Below, in pieces: positions 27,550-44,984 of a stretch of DNA of 64,000 nucleotides. A program made the position numbers and the translations under genes. The DNA comes from the human T2T-CHM13v2.0 reference genome, Homo sapiens. The notes under the pieces were generated by a model. It had not been told where the DNA came from and made no database searches. It saw nothing but the letters and a program-made list of their open reading frames with translations. The number at the start of each line of letters is the position of its first letter. The stretch's first letter is position 1. Location of the stretch: the NCBI RefSeq assembly GCF_009914755.1, contig NC_060925.1. One strand, 5' to 3'.

Positions 27550-27910
27550 AAGAACACTCACTGCTTCACGTGAGAACCCTTAAGACAGGGCAGTTCCAGG
27601 TATGGCATTATCAGGGCTCTGGCTCTCTGGTGTTCTCTTGGCTCTGCCCTGCTTTGTATGCTGCCCCATTCCTCGGGCTAATTCTTCTTGTGACCACAAG
27701 ATGGCGATAGCAGTTACAGATTTCACTAGCTCCTCTCCCCTGCAGAAAGCTCCAGAAACAAAAAGGGGCCATCTCGCCTGGTGTGTCTTTATGAGAGCAA
27801 AGAAACCTTTCCCAAGAGTCCCACAACTGACTTTCCCTCATATCTTATTGGCTGGAATGGTTACTTGACCATGCCTAAAGCAATCACAGCAAAGTGATTG
27901 GCTTAGACCA
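27550..27910. mobile_element. MLT1-type MaLR LTR, degenerate
   Basis: cacaagatggc, aaacctttcccaagagtccc..ctgactttccctcatatcttattggc..gaatggttacttgaccatgcct. Confidence 0.6.
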
Positions 27911-29213
27911 GTTGGGACCCTAAATGGGGTTGAGGCATTCCTAAAGCATTAGGGTACATGGAAAATAATAGATAACTTTACAAAAGTTGGGATTATTTTA
28001 GGAAGAAGAACAATGAAGAGAATAGATGTTGGATGGGCAGCCATCAATATTCCAGGATGTTTTATCCTTTCAGATTTTTCATTAAGGCTAAAATGACTCA
28101 GTTCAGGAGGAGAATCCTCACCTCATCTTCTTCCATAGGCTTAGGTGTGGAGAGGAGATAGAAGGAAGTTTTTTTAAAAAGTAATTAGAGGTATAGAATT
28201 GTAGGCTTCTTATACTCTTGAGTCTCTGTCATTGTGTCAAGGAAACCATGAAACGCGTGACAAATGTGTCATATCTTATGGGAAGTTAATTTTACTTGAA
28301 GTGGTTGAGGTAGGTGGTACCTTGTTTTTATGAAAAACGCAGGTCCATTTCAAAATAGAAATATAAAACATAAATTGTTTAGGGGAAAAAAGAGACTTTA
28401 AAGAAATATTTCAACCTTGCCTTCTAGACTTCTCTATAAATATTTTTCTCTGCCATAAGAGGTACTTTGCTGGGAAAGCTTACATCATTCCTGTGTAATA
28501 GAAAGACTATAAATGTTAGGGTCAGATAGGAGTTATGATTTCAGCTCCCTGACCTGCTGGCTCTGCAACCTTTACAAATTTACTTAACTACACTGAACTT
28601 CTCTTCATCTATAAAATACCCTTTTTTTCTAGTCGTGATCCCTGTGGCCCTTGTGGACCCATGCACATCTGCTCAGGAAACGTGGAATTGTTGTGAGGAT
28701 ATGATGGGGTTCCAGGGTTTCCTCCTGGGAGCTGGCACTTTGAAGCCGGTGGGACTTAGCCTGCTTTTCTGTCTTTAAAAGGCTGTATGTCAAGTCATCA
28801 CTATCCATCTTTTTCTAGCTGTTGCTTTTTCATCTCTTTCTTGTTTGGGCCTGTACTTTAACTTGAAGTCTGCAATGTTGGTCCCAGCCCTGCCTTTCTG
28901 TACATCACAGCAACTTCTTTCTCTAATTTCGAATTTCTGAGAATTCGTGCAGTATGTCTTTTGCAGCCAGGATACCTATGCCATAGGTTGCAGTCCAGCA
29001 TATGATTCAGTCAGGAGTGTATTCCTGTGCTCCGATCAGCTGAGCTAGGAACAGAATCTCAGGTATAGACTGTGGCTTGAGATGCACCAGATAAGCTCTT
29101 AGTCACAAAATGTCCATTTAAATACAAACATTCAGCCATCATATACTGTATTTCAATTATTTTCCAAGCATAGGTAACATTAAAATTAATTGCTAAATTA
29201 TTTTCTTTAATAG

Positions 29214-29283
29214 TGAAGAAATTGCCTTTTACAATGGGAATAAAAGAGAAAAGCAGACAGTCCACTCAGTCTTCCGAAAACTG
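29214..29283 (+). CDS. ABCD3: ABCD3 exon 10 (70 nt) EEIAFYNGNKREKQTVHSVFRKL (EAA-like motif)
   Basis: ttaatag| ... CTG|gtaaga. Confidence 0.97.
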
Positions 29284-29543
29284 GTAAGATAACACACTTG
29301 AGGTTCATGTGTTTATGGAAAGGGTTTTTTTTGTTTGTTTGTTTTGCCTATGGCCGACACACATACACACACACACAAACACACACGTATGTATACATAT
29401 CTTAAAGATTTTTTGAAAAATAGCTATAAAGGATTTTATACTGCATTTTTAATAAAAAATATGAGATTAAAAACTATCATATCAATATATTCAAGTGCCC
29501 ATTTATAAAATTGCATAGATTTATTAAAATAATATTAAGTGTA

Positions 29544-30847
<1,304 letters not shown>

Positions 30848-30956
30848 ATTAAGTGTATTTTTACAGAGGTTGCTTAGGAGCCTTATTTAGTGATTCCCAC
30901 AGAAAGAATTTGTTCCTGAAGCATTCATGAAAATACAATAAAGATTATTATGTAAA

Positions 30957-31172
30957 GCAAGAGTCAGCAAACTTTTTCCATAAAGGGCAAGATAGTATGT
31001 ATATATTTTAGGCTTTTCATACCACACAGTGTCTTGCAACTATTCAGCTCCGCTACTCAAGAGTAGCTATATATAATACATGAATGAGTGGGTGTGGCTA
31101 TGTTCTAATAAAACTTTACTTAAAAAAACAAGTAGCAGGCTAGATTTGGACTATGGGTCAGAGTTTACTGGC
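30957..31172. mobile_element. MER58A-like DNA transposon
   Basis: gtcagcaaacttttt..taaaggg...gtgtggctatgttctaataaaactttac...ctagatttgg. Confidence 0.75.
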
Positions 31173-31743
31173 TTTTTGTTTTAAAGAATATAAGCATTGT
31201 TTCTTGTGAAAGCTTTACTTCAGTTTTTATTTAATTGCCACTTGGAAAATTTGAATTCAAGTACTTTTATTCCATTATTTATTCAAAAGATATTGAATGC
31301 CGTCTAGTTGCCTGTGCTCACTCCAGGTGCTAAGGATGATGGTGGTGGACATGATGGATAAAATCTTGCCTTTAAGGAGCTTACATTTTAGTGGAAGTCT
31401 GAAGTTTGTGAAATTAAATGTATATTTTAGATGAGTTAAAGAGGTTAAAGAAATTGTCATTTTAAATTATTTCAGAAATTGGATTTTTGCCTCGTCGGTA
31501 TTTAACATGGCAGAACTTTTAGAGTGCTCACTGGTAGAATGCATTTAAGGTAATTTTTCAGGGGCCTGCAGTTCACCAGTTTGCTCTCCACACGGCTTGC
31601 TTATTCTCATCCTTTAGATTTTCAGCCCAAATGTTAACACCTTATTGAAGCTTTGTCTTCTCTGATCAGCCTATTTGAAATGGCCTCCAACAGTTACTTC
31701 TTGTTTTAATCATCATCTTTCCTTAAAAGTATATATATATTTG

Positions 31744-32385
<642 letters not shown>

Positions 32386-33585
32386 TTACAGTCTCTAATT
32401 ATCTTGTTTACTAGTTATGCTCTTTCATTAGAATGTAAACTCCATAAATTCAGGGACCTTCTCTGTTCTATTCATTGTATCTCCAGCTTGAGCACAGTGT
32501 CTGACACATGGTAGTCATTGAATAAATGTTCCAGAGATTGTCTAGTTGCAGAAGATACCAAGTTGTTAACAAGCTACCCTGTACTCAGGAAGCCACATTT
32601 TAGTGGAGCAGACAATAAATAAACAACTAGATGTTCTGTATAATTTCAGGTAGTAATGAATTCGGTGGCCAAAAATGAAGCAGGATAAAGGGATAGATAT
32701 GAAGGGGGCTATTGCCCAGCTACTTTAGCTGGAATGGCCAAGATCTTTCTTGAGGAGGTGACATTTAGTCAGAAATCCACATGAAAGTGAAGGAGTCACA
32801 AAATATAGATACCTTAGAAGAATGTATTCCTGGCAGTGAGAAGAGCAAGAGGAAATCCTTAAGAAGGTACATGTTTGAGAAACCGTTATTTCTGGAGCTT
32901 GGTGAGGAGGAGCAAAGTAGAAGCATATGACCTTAAAAATAGAGCTCAGTGCCAGATCATGCAGGACCTTGAATAATCTGGTAGATGGACAGTTTGAGAA
33001 CACTACAACTCCAGAATAAAAAAGCAGTTTTAGACTTGTAGTTTTAAGACAATGCGTGCTCATGTTAAAGCTAAAACTGAGGCTGTGTGGCACTGATTTA
33101 CATTAGCACTCAGTTCAGATTGGGTGTAATACAATTCTTAGATAAAGCACAGACCATGTGTCTCCACTGAAAGCAAAGCATTCAGTGCCAATCCGGACAG
33201 CTAGTGTTTCACTCAAACTAGTTAATCTCTGTTCTTTTTGCTTTCGTTGTTGTCCTCTTTTGGGATATGTGTATCCAAAAGCATGGTGACTACAATAGCA
33301 TTGTGCTATTGCATGCAAGAGAAACAGCATTGTTAAAATTGTTTATGTAATTTCCATGCTGTTTGCATAAAAATGGTTTCATGAAGTGTTTGTTTGGCAC
33401 CCGCTCTGTGAAGAGCATTGTCCTCGGTGGTGTGATGTACAATATAAACAGAATATAAACAGAAATCACGGGCACTCAGTAAATATTTGTTGAATAAATG
33501 AACTATACAGTTTGTTTTATCCTTATAGTAGATTCAGTTTTTTATACAGAGAAAAAGATGGTTTTTTGTTTTTGTTTTCTGCCAG

Positions 33586-33655
33586 GTGGAACACCTACAT
33601 AATTTCATTTTGTTTCGGTTTTCAATGGGCTTCATTGATAGTATTATTGCCAAAT
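33586..33655 (+). CDS. ABCD3: ABCD3 exon 11 (70 nt) VEHLHNFILFRFSMGFIDSIIAK(Y)
   Basis: gccag| ... AAAT|gtaagt. Confidence 0.96.
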
Positions 33656-33737
33656 GTAAGTATATTTTGAAAGAGATGAGATTTGTGGAAAAGGTGAAAT
33701 ACTGTTACTGTTTTAAATCTTACCTGTTTGGTTTCAG

Positions 33738-33835
33738 ACCTTGCCACTGTTGTTGGTTACCTAGTTGTCAGTCGCCCTTTCTTAGATTTGTCTCATCCTC
33801 GACATCTCAAGAGTACACATTCGGAACTTCTAGAG
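33738..33835 (+). CDS. ABCD3: ABCD3 exon 12 (98 nt) LATVVGYLVVSRPFLDLSHPRHLKSTHSELLE
   Basis: tttcag| ... GAG|gtaaac. Confidence 0.96.
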
Positions 33836-33935
33836 GTAAACTGATGATAATACAATGAAAATGTAACAGTAAAAATAAAGCCAAATTTTTAGTCATAGAA
33901 CTATAAGTAAAAACTAATATTTATTTCTATTTAAG

Positions 33936-34027
33936 GATTACTACCAAAGTGGAAGAATGCTTTTGCGAATGTCTCAAGCTCTGGGTCGAATAGTTTTGGC
34001 TGGGCGTGAAATGACTAGATTGGCCGG
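33936..34027 (+). CDS. ABCD3: ABCD3 exon 13 (92 nt) DYYQSGRMLLRMSQALGRIVLAGREMTRLA(G)
   Basis: tttaag| ... GG|gtaaga. Confidence 0.96.
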
Positions 34028-35770
34028 GTAAGATTAGTAATAATGAGCTGTTGCAGAAAATAATTTTTAAAAATATATTATCCTTAATGATTGTATCAGT
34101 TGAGATTAAGATAAGGGGTCAACATTTCCTAGCCCAGGAAGGTGGTTTTGATAGAAAATTAAGGAAGATTTTTCTGATGGTGAACTTTTCATGTTTCTTG
34201 AGGACAGCTGGTTTGCGCAGTACAGTAGATTAGAGGCTGTCAAGTTGTTTGCTCCATGGACACGTATTTGCTAAGTTGGGAAATGTTGAATCATGGCAGT
34301 CTTAATTCACAGAAAACTATGTTTATGAATAGAATTTTCTCATTTAAATTTTCTTGTCCTCTACCATACCTTTTTTTCTTGGATCTTAGATACCGGCAAC
34401 CTAGCAAAACAGATGAATAGAAATGAAGTTGACTTTAATGGGAAAAAAAATGAGATGTTATCTTGTATCTGTAGGCGTGCTTGTGAATGTAGTCATATTA
34501 TCTAGTAGTAAAATTATCTTTAGACAGTAGAATGAAATTAAATATTAAGATTTCAGTATTTCAATCTCCAATATAAAGGGCATGGTATGGTGTAAAAAAC
34601 ACCATAAATTTTAGGTCACCTGAAGAAGTTTGATGACTGAATATCTTTCCTAGGCCTGTGATCCATCTTCATATTTCTCTTTTTCCTCCTTCTTAGCTCC
34701 TGTGGCAGTTATGGTCTTCATGCAATATAGAAGTTGTTAACTACTATGAGTAGAGTCTCTTTCATGAGAATACTAACATTCTTCCTACTTGTTAACTTTT
34801 CTTATGGCTTTACAGTTCATGGTATATAAGGTGCTTCTGTTCCTTTAGGGTGTTTCCTTTCACTCTCTCTCTCTCTCTCTCGCTCTCTTTCTGTGTGGGT
34901 GTGTGTGTCTTTCTCTTTCACTCCCTCCCTTCGTCTCCCTGCCCCCCTTTCTTTCTCTTTTTTCCACTTTGTTGAGGTATGATTGACATATAAGAAACTG
35001 TTCATATTTAGTGTATACAATTTGATGAATATGGGAATAAGTTATACACGTGTGAAACCATCAAGACCATAAACATTCATCACCTCCCAAAGTTTGCTTT
35101 AGGAGGTTTCTGCTTTTTATTCAGAGAAAAATCCTGTTTTCTTCTTCGATGCAGAATACTTTCTCTTTGGCGATCATGGTCATTTTTGTTATCTCCAACC
35201 TCTTGTCGTTAGTTTTGATTTTTCTCTATTGCCACAGTGATTTCTATCTAATAATAAGAACTCATCATCTTTCCCCTCTTCAGAGTAAGAAAGAGGGAAT
35301 CTTTCAGATTCTTCCGTTTGCAGGAAGGCAGCATGCATTCGGCATACATTTAATAAATGCCTTCCTTGGATAGAAAGACCAGCTTTATACATGGCTTTAT
35401 AGGTCACTTCAGCAAGAGATCAGAGTCCATACTTCCTGGGTCTAAGGAATATACTAGTAGTGGTCCTTTTGTAGTATCCAAGAGAAACCTCCTGAAAATT
35501 CTCAGCAAATAACTGCCTTGACTTGGCTATTAATGAAGTATCTGTTGAGTTGGGGATCCTATGGAAACCTCTTCCTTCATCCCTATATTCCTGCTCTCCT
35601 ACTGAAACATAATAAAGCACACATGTTATCATTAATACTTTATGTTGATGAGACTGTTAGGTTACTTCATTTATACTAAATTATAATTTTAGGAACTTCA
35701 GTTTGTATAAAATAAAAGATGTGACAATAGTCTGGAGTTTTGATTATGGTTTCCTTTTCTAAAATTTTAG

Positions 35771-35862
35771 TTTTACTGCTCGGATTACAGAATTAATGCA
35801 AGTACTGAAGGATTTAAATCATGGCAAATATGAGCGCACAATGGTCTCACAACAGGAAAAGG
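35771..35862 (+). CDS. ABCD3: ABCD3 exon 14 (92 nt) FTARITELMQVLKDLNHGKYERTMVSQQEK(G)
   Basis: ttttag| ... AAGG|gtaaat. Confidence 0.96.
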
Positions 35863-35948
35863 GTAAATATGAGTGTCACAGTTTAAGGTCACAATTTTAA
35901 GTGTTTGCTGACATAATATGATGCTTTAATACCTATTTTCCATTTAAG

Positions 35949-36021
35949 GTATTGAAGGAGTACAAGTCATTCCCTTGATACCTGGTGCTGGAGAAATCAT
36001 TATTGCAGATAACATTATAAA
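35949..36021 (+). CDS. ABCD3: ABCD3 exon 15 (73 nt) IEGVQVIPLIPGAGEIIIADNII(K)
   Basis: tttaag| ... AA|gtacgt. Confidence 0.95.
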
Positions 36022-36129
36022 GTACGTACAGAAAAAGGTCTTTTAGCACCATAAATGTTTGTTAAACTTCATAGTAGTCTTTCTTTTTCAGCTTACAATT
36101 GCTTAGTGTTTAAAATTATTTCTGCTTTT

Positions 36130-37195
36130 TTAAAAAACAGCTTAGAGGTATCATTGACCTAAAAATTGTGTATATTAATATTTAAAGTATGCAACTTGAT
36201 GCTTTGATATCTGTGTATGTTGTGAAATGATTACGTTTTGGCTAATTAATTTACCTATCGCCTCTACATAGTTAACCATTTTTGTGTGTGTTTAGTGAGA
36301 ATTTAATTTAGATGTGTCTTAGCAAATTTCAGGTATACAATATAGTATTTTCTACTATTGTCCCAGTACAGTGGATCTACAGAATTTATTCTTCTGGCAT
36401 CACTGAAATGTTGTGCCATTTGACCAATATTACCCCCATTTCCTCTCTCTCTAACCCCCTGGCAACCACCGTCCTACTCTCTACTTCTATGAGTTTGACT
36501 ATTTTAGATTCCACATACAAGTAAGATCACATAGTGTTTCTCTTTTTGTGTCTTGCTTATTTTGCTTAGCATAATGTCCTCCAGATCCATCTATGTTGAA
36601 AATGGCCCAGTTTCCTTCTTTTTTAAAAGTGGGGTAATATTCTATTGTGTGTATTTTGTGTGTATGTGAATATATACACACTGTACACACTATATTTTCT
36701 TTATCCTCTCATCAGTTGAAAGACATTTAGGCAGTTTCCATATATGGACTATTGTAAATAATGCTGGAGTGAACATGGGAGGAAGATTCTCTTTGAGATA
36801 CTGATTTTATTTCCTTTGGAAATGTTCCCAGAAGTGGGATTGCTAGATCATACGGTAGTCCTAATTTTAATTTTTTGAGGAACATCCATATTGTTTTCCA
36901 TAATAGCTGTACTATTTGTAGTCCCACCAACAATGTACAAGGTTTCCTTTCTCCACATCTTTGCCAACACTTACCGTTTGTCTCTTTGATAATAGTCATC
37001 CTAACAGGTGAGAGGTGATGTCTCATTGTGGTTTTGATTTGCATTTTCCTGATGACTGAGATGTTGAGCACCTTTTCGTATGCCTGTTGGCCATCTGAAT
37101 TTCTTCTTTTAAGAAGTGTTTAAGCTCTTTGCCCATTTTTTAATCAGGTTATTTGTATTTTTGGTATTGAGTTGTATTAGTTCCTTATATACTTT
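36130..37195 (-). mobile_element. L1MA-type 3' end filling most of intron 15
   Basis: ORF 36727..37071(-) resembles ORF2 C-terminus ([12 protein letters not shown]-like). Confidence 0.88.
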
Positions 37196-37229
37196 AAAGT
37201 AATTCTCTTTTTAAAAATTTCCTCTATAG

Positions 37230-37293
37230 GTTTGATCATGTTCCTTTAGCAACGCCAAATGGAGATGTTTTGATCCGAGACCTTAATTTTGAA
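37230..37293 (+). CDS. ABCD3: ABCD3 exon 16 (64 nt) FDHVPLATPNGDVLIRDLNFE
   Basis: ctatag| ... GAA|gtaagt. Confidence 0.96.
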
Positions 37294-38023
37294 GTAAGTT
37301 TTTAAATGATCATATAAAAGCTTAAATCATCTTTAAAATGTGAACTGAAAAAGATTACCTGAATATTTAAAGTAACTTTAAGGCTCGACTTAGTCTCTGA
37401 ATCCACAGAATTGCTTTAAAAAGTAAGTCTTTGAAACGCTTAGAAATCTATTTTTCTTAATTGACAGGACTTCAAAATTTCAAATACTACTACCAAAAAA
37501 CTTTTTGCAAATGAAGTTTATGTCAAGAAAGTCATAGAAAATATAGTAAATTGGAGTCTCCAGTGTAAAATGAGTATTTAAACACACAAATATAATTTTA
37601 GTCTCTTTACATTAAAAAGAAACTTATGGTGTGGCTGGTATTGTTGTGACTGTACAGGATGATTTGTACCTATAAAAACAAAATACAGACTGTTTTATTA
37701 CTGATGAAAACGGGAAGAGCCGCACAGTAGCGCTACAAATAGACACTCACCTAAAACAAGTAAAATCCCATGCCAAGTGAAAACTGATGTTGATTCAATA
37801 TACTCTGCTAATGAAATGGGATATGGCAGACCAAATTAAAAAGAAAAGACAAAAGATGAATGTTTTTGTACGATTTGTAAGACTCGCAGATTTAAGGGTT
37901 ACTATTTAGGTTTTCTCTATGTTGTGGCTTTATGAATGGTTCAGATCCAGAAATCTTCATAATTAGTAACAAATTCCTATCACATAGGCTATGTTCCCCA
38001 TTCTAGACACCATTCCTCTAGAA

Positions 38024-38224
38024 CAACACTTTCCCGTAGAACTTTCTGCAATGATGGAAATGCTCTATACTTTCACTGTCCAGTAAAATAACCATGTGTA
38101 GATATTGAGCATGTGAAATGTGACTAGTACAGCTGCAAAACTGAATTTAAAATTTAATTTAATTAATATGATTTAAAATTAAATAGCCACATGTGAGTAG
38201 TGGCTATGGTATTGGACAGCACAG
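38024..38224. mobile_element. MER3 (hAT-Charlie)
   Basis: tagaactttctgcaatgatggaaatg...aatagccacatgtg..tagtggcta...ttggacagcacag; 8-bp TSD ctctagaa at 38016-38023 and 38225-38232. Confidence 0.88.
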
Positions 38225-39011
38225 CTCTAGAATTCCTCTCCACATGCTAATGTGCATGGCCATCTGTAGTTTGTGTTTCATGTGGGGATTTTTTTCCTAC
38301 TGCTTTCTTTGAAGGAATATTGTCTGATAGTTTATAAAATAAAGAATATAATTATTGGACTTGTTTTTAATTTGTTACAGTCTTAAGTAAGTCTTCAGTT
38401 TTCTGCTCTTAGTAATTTATATTAAGCACATGTCTACTTTCTTCTCAATGAATTATAAAAATGAAAATTGTTAGTTATGCAAAGTACTTTGAACTTATTC
38501 AACAATGAGTATTCTATCGTTATCATATTTATTCCAAAGCCAGGAAATACAAGAAGTACAGAAAATGTAAATGTAGTTGGTAAATATTGACTGGCTCCAC
38601 ATATCACAGAAGTGTTTTCTCACATAGCTCCAGGTACTTCAGTCACTTGAATGTTCCTTTGGCAAAGTAGGTAGCCAGGCTTGATTTCCAGTAGCCCCTT
38701 TATTGCCACTGTCCAAGGATAAAAAGGACGTGAGACTTCGTTGAAGAATGCCTCTTGTCCCTTTCTCCTACTTACCCTCACTTCTGTCTTTATGCAGAAA
38801 TAAAATATACCAATAATATAGGGGCACACATGACTGAAGCACAATGAGAAAGGGGGTTGGGATACTTGGAATAGATGGATCATGATTATGGTCCATAATA
38901 ATATTTTGTCTTGATGTTACCACACTAAAGCTGTCACTTTCTTTTTAGTTCAAAGCCTTTTCTTTTAAAGCCCTTATGTTTGTATTGAATAGACTTCTGT
39001 CGTTTCTATAA

Positions 39012-40160
<1,149 letters not shown>

Positions 40161-40888
40161 AACAATAACTACCCTGTATTAAAATACATCAAAATGTTTA
40201 AATTAATGAGTTTATTATGATACTCATTATGTTGAAAAGTGACAAAGGGAAAAAAATGTCTTTAATTCTTTCTCTTTTTTGGGTTTCATTTGGAAAGTCT
40301 TGAGTCCCCACTTATGTCCTTACTTGTTGGAGTGTTTTACTTCATAACCATGTTCCTTACTTCCTGGTGTTTATCCTGTGATTCTTGTTTTCTCCTCCCC
40401 TGGGAACTGTTTCTCTGACTTCTTTTTGGTTCACTGTTATGAATTCTAATCTCTTTCTGACTTAAAGTATTCTAAAGTAGACCTGGGTTTCTCACATTCA
40501 TTATGTCTTTTTATTGTTTTTCTTAACATAGCCTTTCTATAATCAACAAATGTTCTTCAGTTCTTTGCAGCCTCTAATTATTTTCTACTCATCTGGCTTA
40601 CTTGAAAATAAAGATTTCTTTCTCTTGGAAAGAGGCATAATAAAACAGACTTGGCCCCTCAAATAAATCTTTCCTACTTTATGATTCATTTGCCTTTTGG
40701 GTTACATTTGTAACCAAATAATAAAAACTTCTTTGGAATAAGAGATTTTATACCATTTTCCATTATAAACTCCCCAGTACAGACATATTTATCTGTCTAG
40801 ATATTATTCTGGGAAGTATGTAGACTGGAGAGATCCTAAGAGGTAACAGCTTGCAGGTTACCATGTGGGGATTAAAATAGTACTTTGT

Positions 40889-41135
<247 letters not shown>

Positions 41136-42129
41136 GTACTTTGTAAGTTACTAAGATTTTTACCTTTTCAGTAAGGTATACTTATAGTGTTTAAAGAAAC
41201 TAATTAATCTTCATAAACACCATACTTTTATATAATTTTTCTTTTACTTAAATTTATGTGTAGAATTTTTTATTTGTTATGATAAATTTATAGAAAGTAG
41301 GATTTATCAAGGAGTATTATTTGGGGGGTATATTTTTATTGGTAAGAATATGGTAGTTCAAAGCATTGGTTGATCCGGTAAAGCATTCTGAGAGCCCCAA
41401 TAATACAATGCTGTTAAGAACTTAATTTTCAGTAAATGTTACTCTTGGCTTTTAGTCTTAATTTAACCCCACAAAAATATGTACTTAATAAATTTTTAAT
41501 ACAGAAAAATTATCACTGGCTTATCATGGCTGACGTCATAATTGGAAGTTTTGTTCAACACTACCAAATGCCGTGAAGTAAAGAAAAGTGAATGCTGAGT
41601 AGGTTAGCCAGGCTTGATTTAGAGCATAAAAGGATAACTCAGGATTTCAGTAAGTCTGGTTATTATTTATATACATCATTACAAATCTGTTTTTGGGGTT
41701 TCCTGGCATACTGCAACAAATAATGTGGAAGGGTATTATTGGAGGCAGGAATATTGATGCCATTGTAAACCACAAAGAGCAGTTAGGAGGGGAGAATTTA
41801 TATACGGCCAACATTACTCAAATAAAACGTAGCAGGGAACCATTTAATTACCAGCTCACTGAACTTTAGGACCTTCTAAGGGCATCGCTGTTACAGTAGA
41901 GTATGATTATTTTATATGATAACCTTGCTTTATGAGGAACATTCAGTATATTCAATTTTATGTGATAAGGAAATTGTGTTATTTAAAAAGAAGTCTATCA
42001 AAATGATTCTTTATCAGAAAAAAGTTTATTCATCTGAACGACTCTTTAACAATTATGTGTGTAAATTGTTATTTTCTTTTAGATCAACTATGTGTTAGGC
42101 TGCTTCATTCTTTTTTCTTTAAGAAGTTT

Positions 42130-42596
42130 TTAAAATGTAAAAATGAAATTTGGCTTTTTAACCATTTCTAAGTGTATAATTTAGTGGCATTAAGTACATT
42201 TACAGTGTTATGCAGCCACCACCACTATCCATTTCCAGAACTTTTCCATCATCCCAAATAGAAACTCTGTACTCATTAAACAGTAACTCTCCTTCCTTCC
42301 TCTCCCTTGCCCCTGGTAACCTCTCATGCTGTCTGTCTATGAATTTGACTGCTCTAGGAATCACATATAAGTGAAGTCATACAGCATTTGTCCTTTTGTG
42401 GCTGGCTTATTTCATTTAGCATAATGTTTTCAAGGTTCATCTGTATTGTAGCATGTGTCAGAGTTTCATTCATTTTAAAGGTTGAATGCCATTTCATTGT
42501 GTGTGTGTGTGTGTGTGTGTGTCACATTTTGTTTATCCATTCATCCTCTTGGGTCGCTTCCTTGCTTCCACCTTTTGGCTATTGTGAACAATGCTG
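42130..42596 (-). mobile_element. L1MB-type 3' fragment with (TG)n
   Basis: ttagtggcattaagtacatttacagtg...tttccagaactttt...gaatttgact. Confidence 0.8.
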
Positions 42597-42678
42597 ATGG
42601 CTCTCCATTTTGTCACAGTAAAAGTCGAAGTTCTTTCAATGCCTGCCACTACCCTACCCCTACCTGATACATCTCTGA

Positions 42679-43071
<393 letters not shown>

Positions 43072-44137
43072 TAGTTAAATCCTAATTCACCCCTTCTTTC
43101 AAAGTTTTACTTAGTTGTCATATTCAATAAAGTCTGCTCTGACCACCTTAAAAATGCGGCTTTCCTCACCCGCTCCCAAGTTCCCTTTGTCTGTTTTTTC
43201 CTCCAAAGTACTTATTTTCTAATATACTATTTAACTTATATGTTATGTATATTCTTTATTGTATGTCTCTTACCACTAGAATGTAAACCAGTAAGGGTAG
43301 AGGTTTTTGGTTTTTTGTTTTCATTTTTTGTCTCTTTAATTCATTAATATGGCCTACTTGCCTAGAACAGAGCCTGACAGAGAGCATTCAATAAATATTC
43401 ATTGAATTAAATAATAGGAACAGAAGGCTCACCAGCTTAACAAATTTGTTAAAGGCAGGTTACCAGCTAGGGTAACTCATATCTTTCTGATATTTTCTTT
43501 CCTATTGTGTTGCATTGGTGTTTAGTGTTGTAAGCTAGAATTATAGCTAAGATTTTCTGATTCTTTACAGAGTTGATCAGATACTTACAAGATCATAAGC
43601 CTAGAACTTAACCACTCTTTACATTTTCTCATTTATCTTTATGTTGTTGCAGAATAATTTAGTGACACTTGTATATATTTATAGTGCACATATATTTTGA
43701 TAAAACACTTATAATTTCTAAGAATGGAATCTACAGAAACATTGCTTACTGTTACATAAGTTGCTGACTTGTACACTCATTGCAATATTATCTAGAAGAG
43801 CAAAACAAAATGCAGATGACCTAAATATTTAACCAAAGGGGAGTGTTTAAATAAGTTATAGTATATCCTTACTATGGAAGATGCTTGAGGCATTAAAGGA
43901 AAGGAATGGGGGAATCTGAATATACTGACCTGGAAGAATATCTGTGATATATTGTTAAATAATAAAAGCAAGTTGTAGAACAGTCTATAGAGTACGTTTT
44001 CATTTTTTTAAAAGAGACTGTGTATACGCATGTATTTATTGTTTTCAAGAATTCTCAGTTTTCTAAACTTTATCTCTCTTTATCTTAAGTTGATGATATC
44101 AATCAGTCAGTAAATTTATTTATTTATACATGTATAT

Positions 44138-44410
44138 AGATGGGGTCTTGTTCTGTCAGCCTAGGTGACATCATAGCTCACTGCATCCTTAAACTGCTGG
44201 ACTCAAGCAATCCTCCCACCTCAGCCTCCCAAGTAGCTGGGGCTACAGGTGTGCACCACCACACCTGCTTAATTTTTTATTTTTATTTTTTGTAGAGATG
44301 AGGGTCTTGTTTTATTTCCCAGGTTAGTCTCAAACTCCCAGTTTCAAGCGATCCTCCTGCCTTAGCCTCCCAAAATGCTGAGATTATGGGTGTGAGCCAC
44401 AGTACCCAGC
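44138..44410 (-). mobile_element. AluJ
   Basis: atcatagctcactgc, ctcaagcaatcctcccacc. Confidence 0.9.
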
Positions 44411-44641
44411 AATAATAATTTTTTAAGTGAAAAAAAAGTAATGGTAAAAATTGGAAGTAAACAAAGTAAAAGGTCCCTTCACAATACCTCTTCACTGCTC
44501 TACCTAATGCTACATTTACAGACAAATAGAAGGCTTATAATTAGCCAGGAGCTATTAATATTTGAGTCTAAGGAAATGTTGATTAAGTATATGTTAATTT
44601 GATTTAATTACTTCACAGACTGATTTTTTTTTTTTTTTCAG

Positions 44642-44719
44642 GTTCGATCTGGGGCTAATGTTCTAATTTGTGGTCCAAATGGCTGCGGAAAGAGTTCACT
44701 TTTCCGTGTTCTTGGTGAA
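44642..44719 (+). CDS. ABCD3: ABCD3 exon 17 (78 nt) [26 protein letters not shown] (Walker A)
   Basis: poly-T cag| ... GAA|gtaagt. Confidence 0.98.
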
Positions 44720-44822
44720 GTAAGTACAAGTTGGCCTCAAAATTTTGCAGTCTTATTTTGCCATACTGTCTACCACTTTGTAAATTTTACAATTGTTCTT
44801 CTCCCTTCTCTCTCTTTAATAG

Positions 44823-44888
44823 TTATGGCCTCTTTTTGGAGGACGTCTAACTAAACCTGAAAGAGGAAAATTATTTTATGTTCCTCAG
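44823..44888 (+). CDS. ABCD3: ABCD3 exon 18 (66 nt) [22 protein letters not shown] (Q-loop)
   Basis: taatag| ... CAG|gtaaga. Confidence 0.97.
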
Positions 44889-44984
44889 GTAAGACCTAGC
44901 TTGAGTTATCTTTGATCTAAAGATCTTTTTGTTTATTTATTTTTTCATGTTGCTTCTAATTGACTTTTGCTCTACTACTGTCAG

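Noticed and set aside
33586-33858. Open frame through intron 11 as a functional retained-intron isoform
   Set aside because: The 82-nt intron shifts the frame in exon 12 and creates a premature stop
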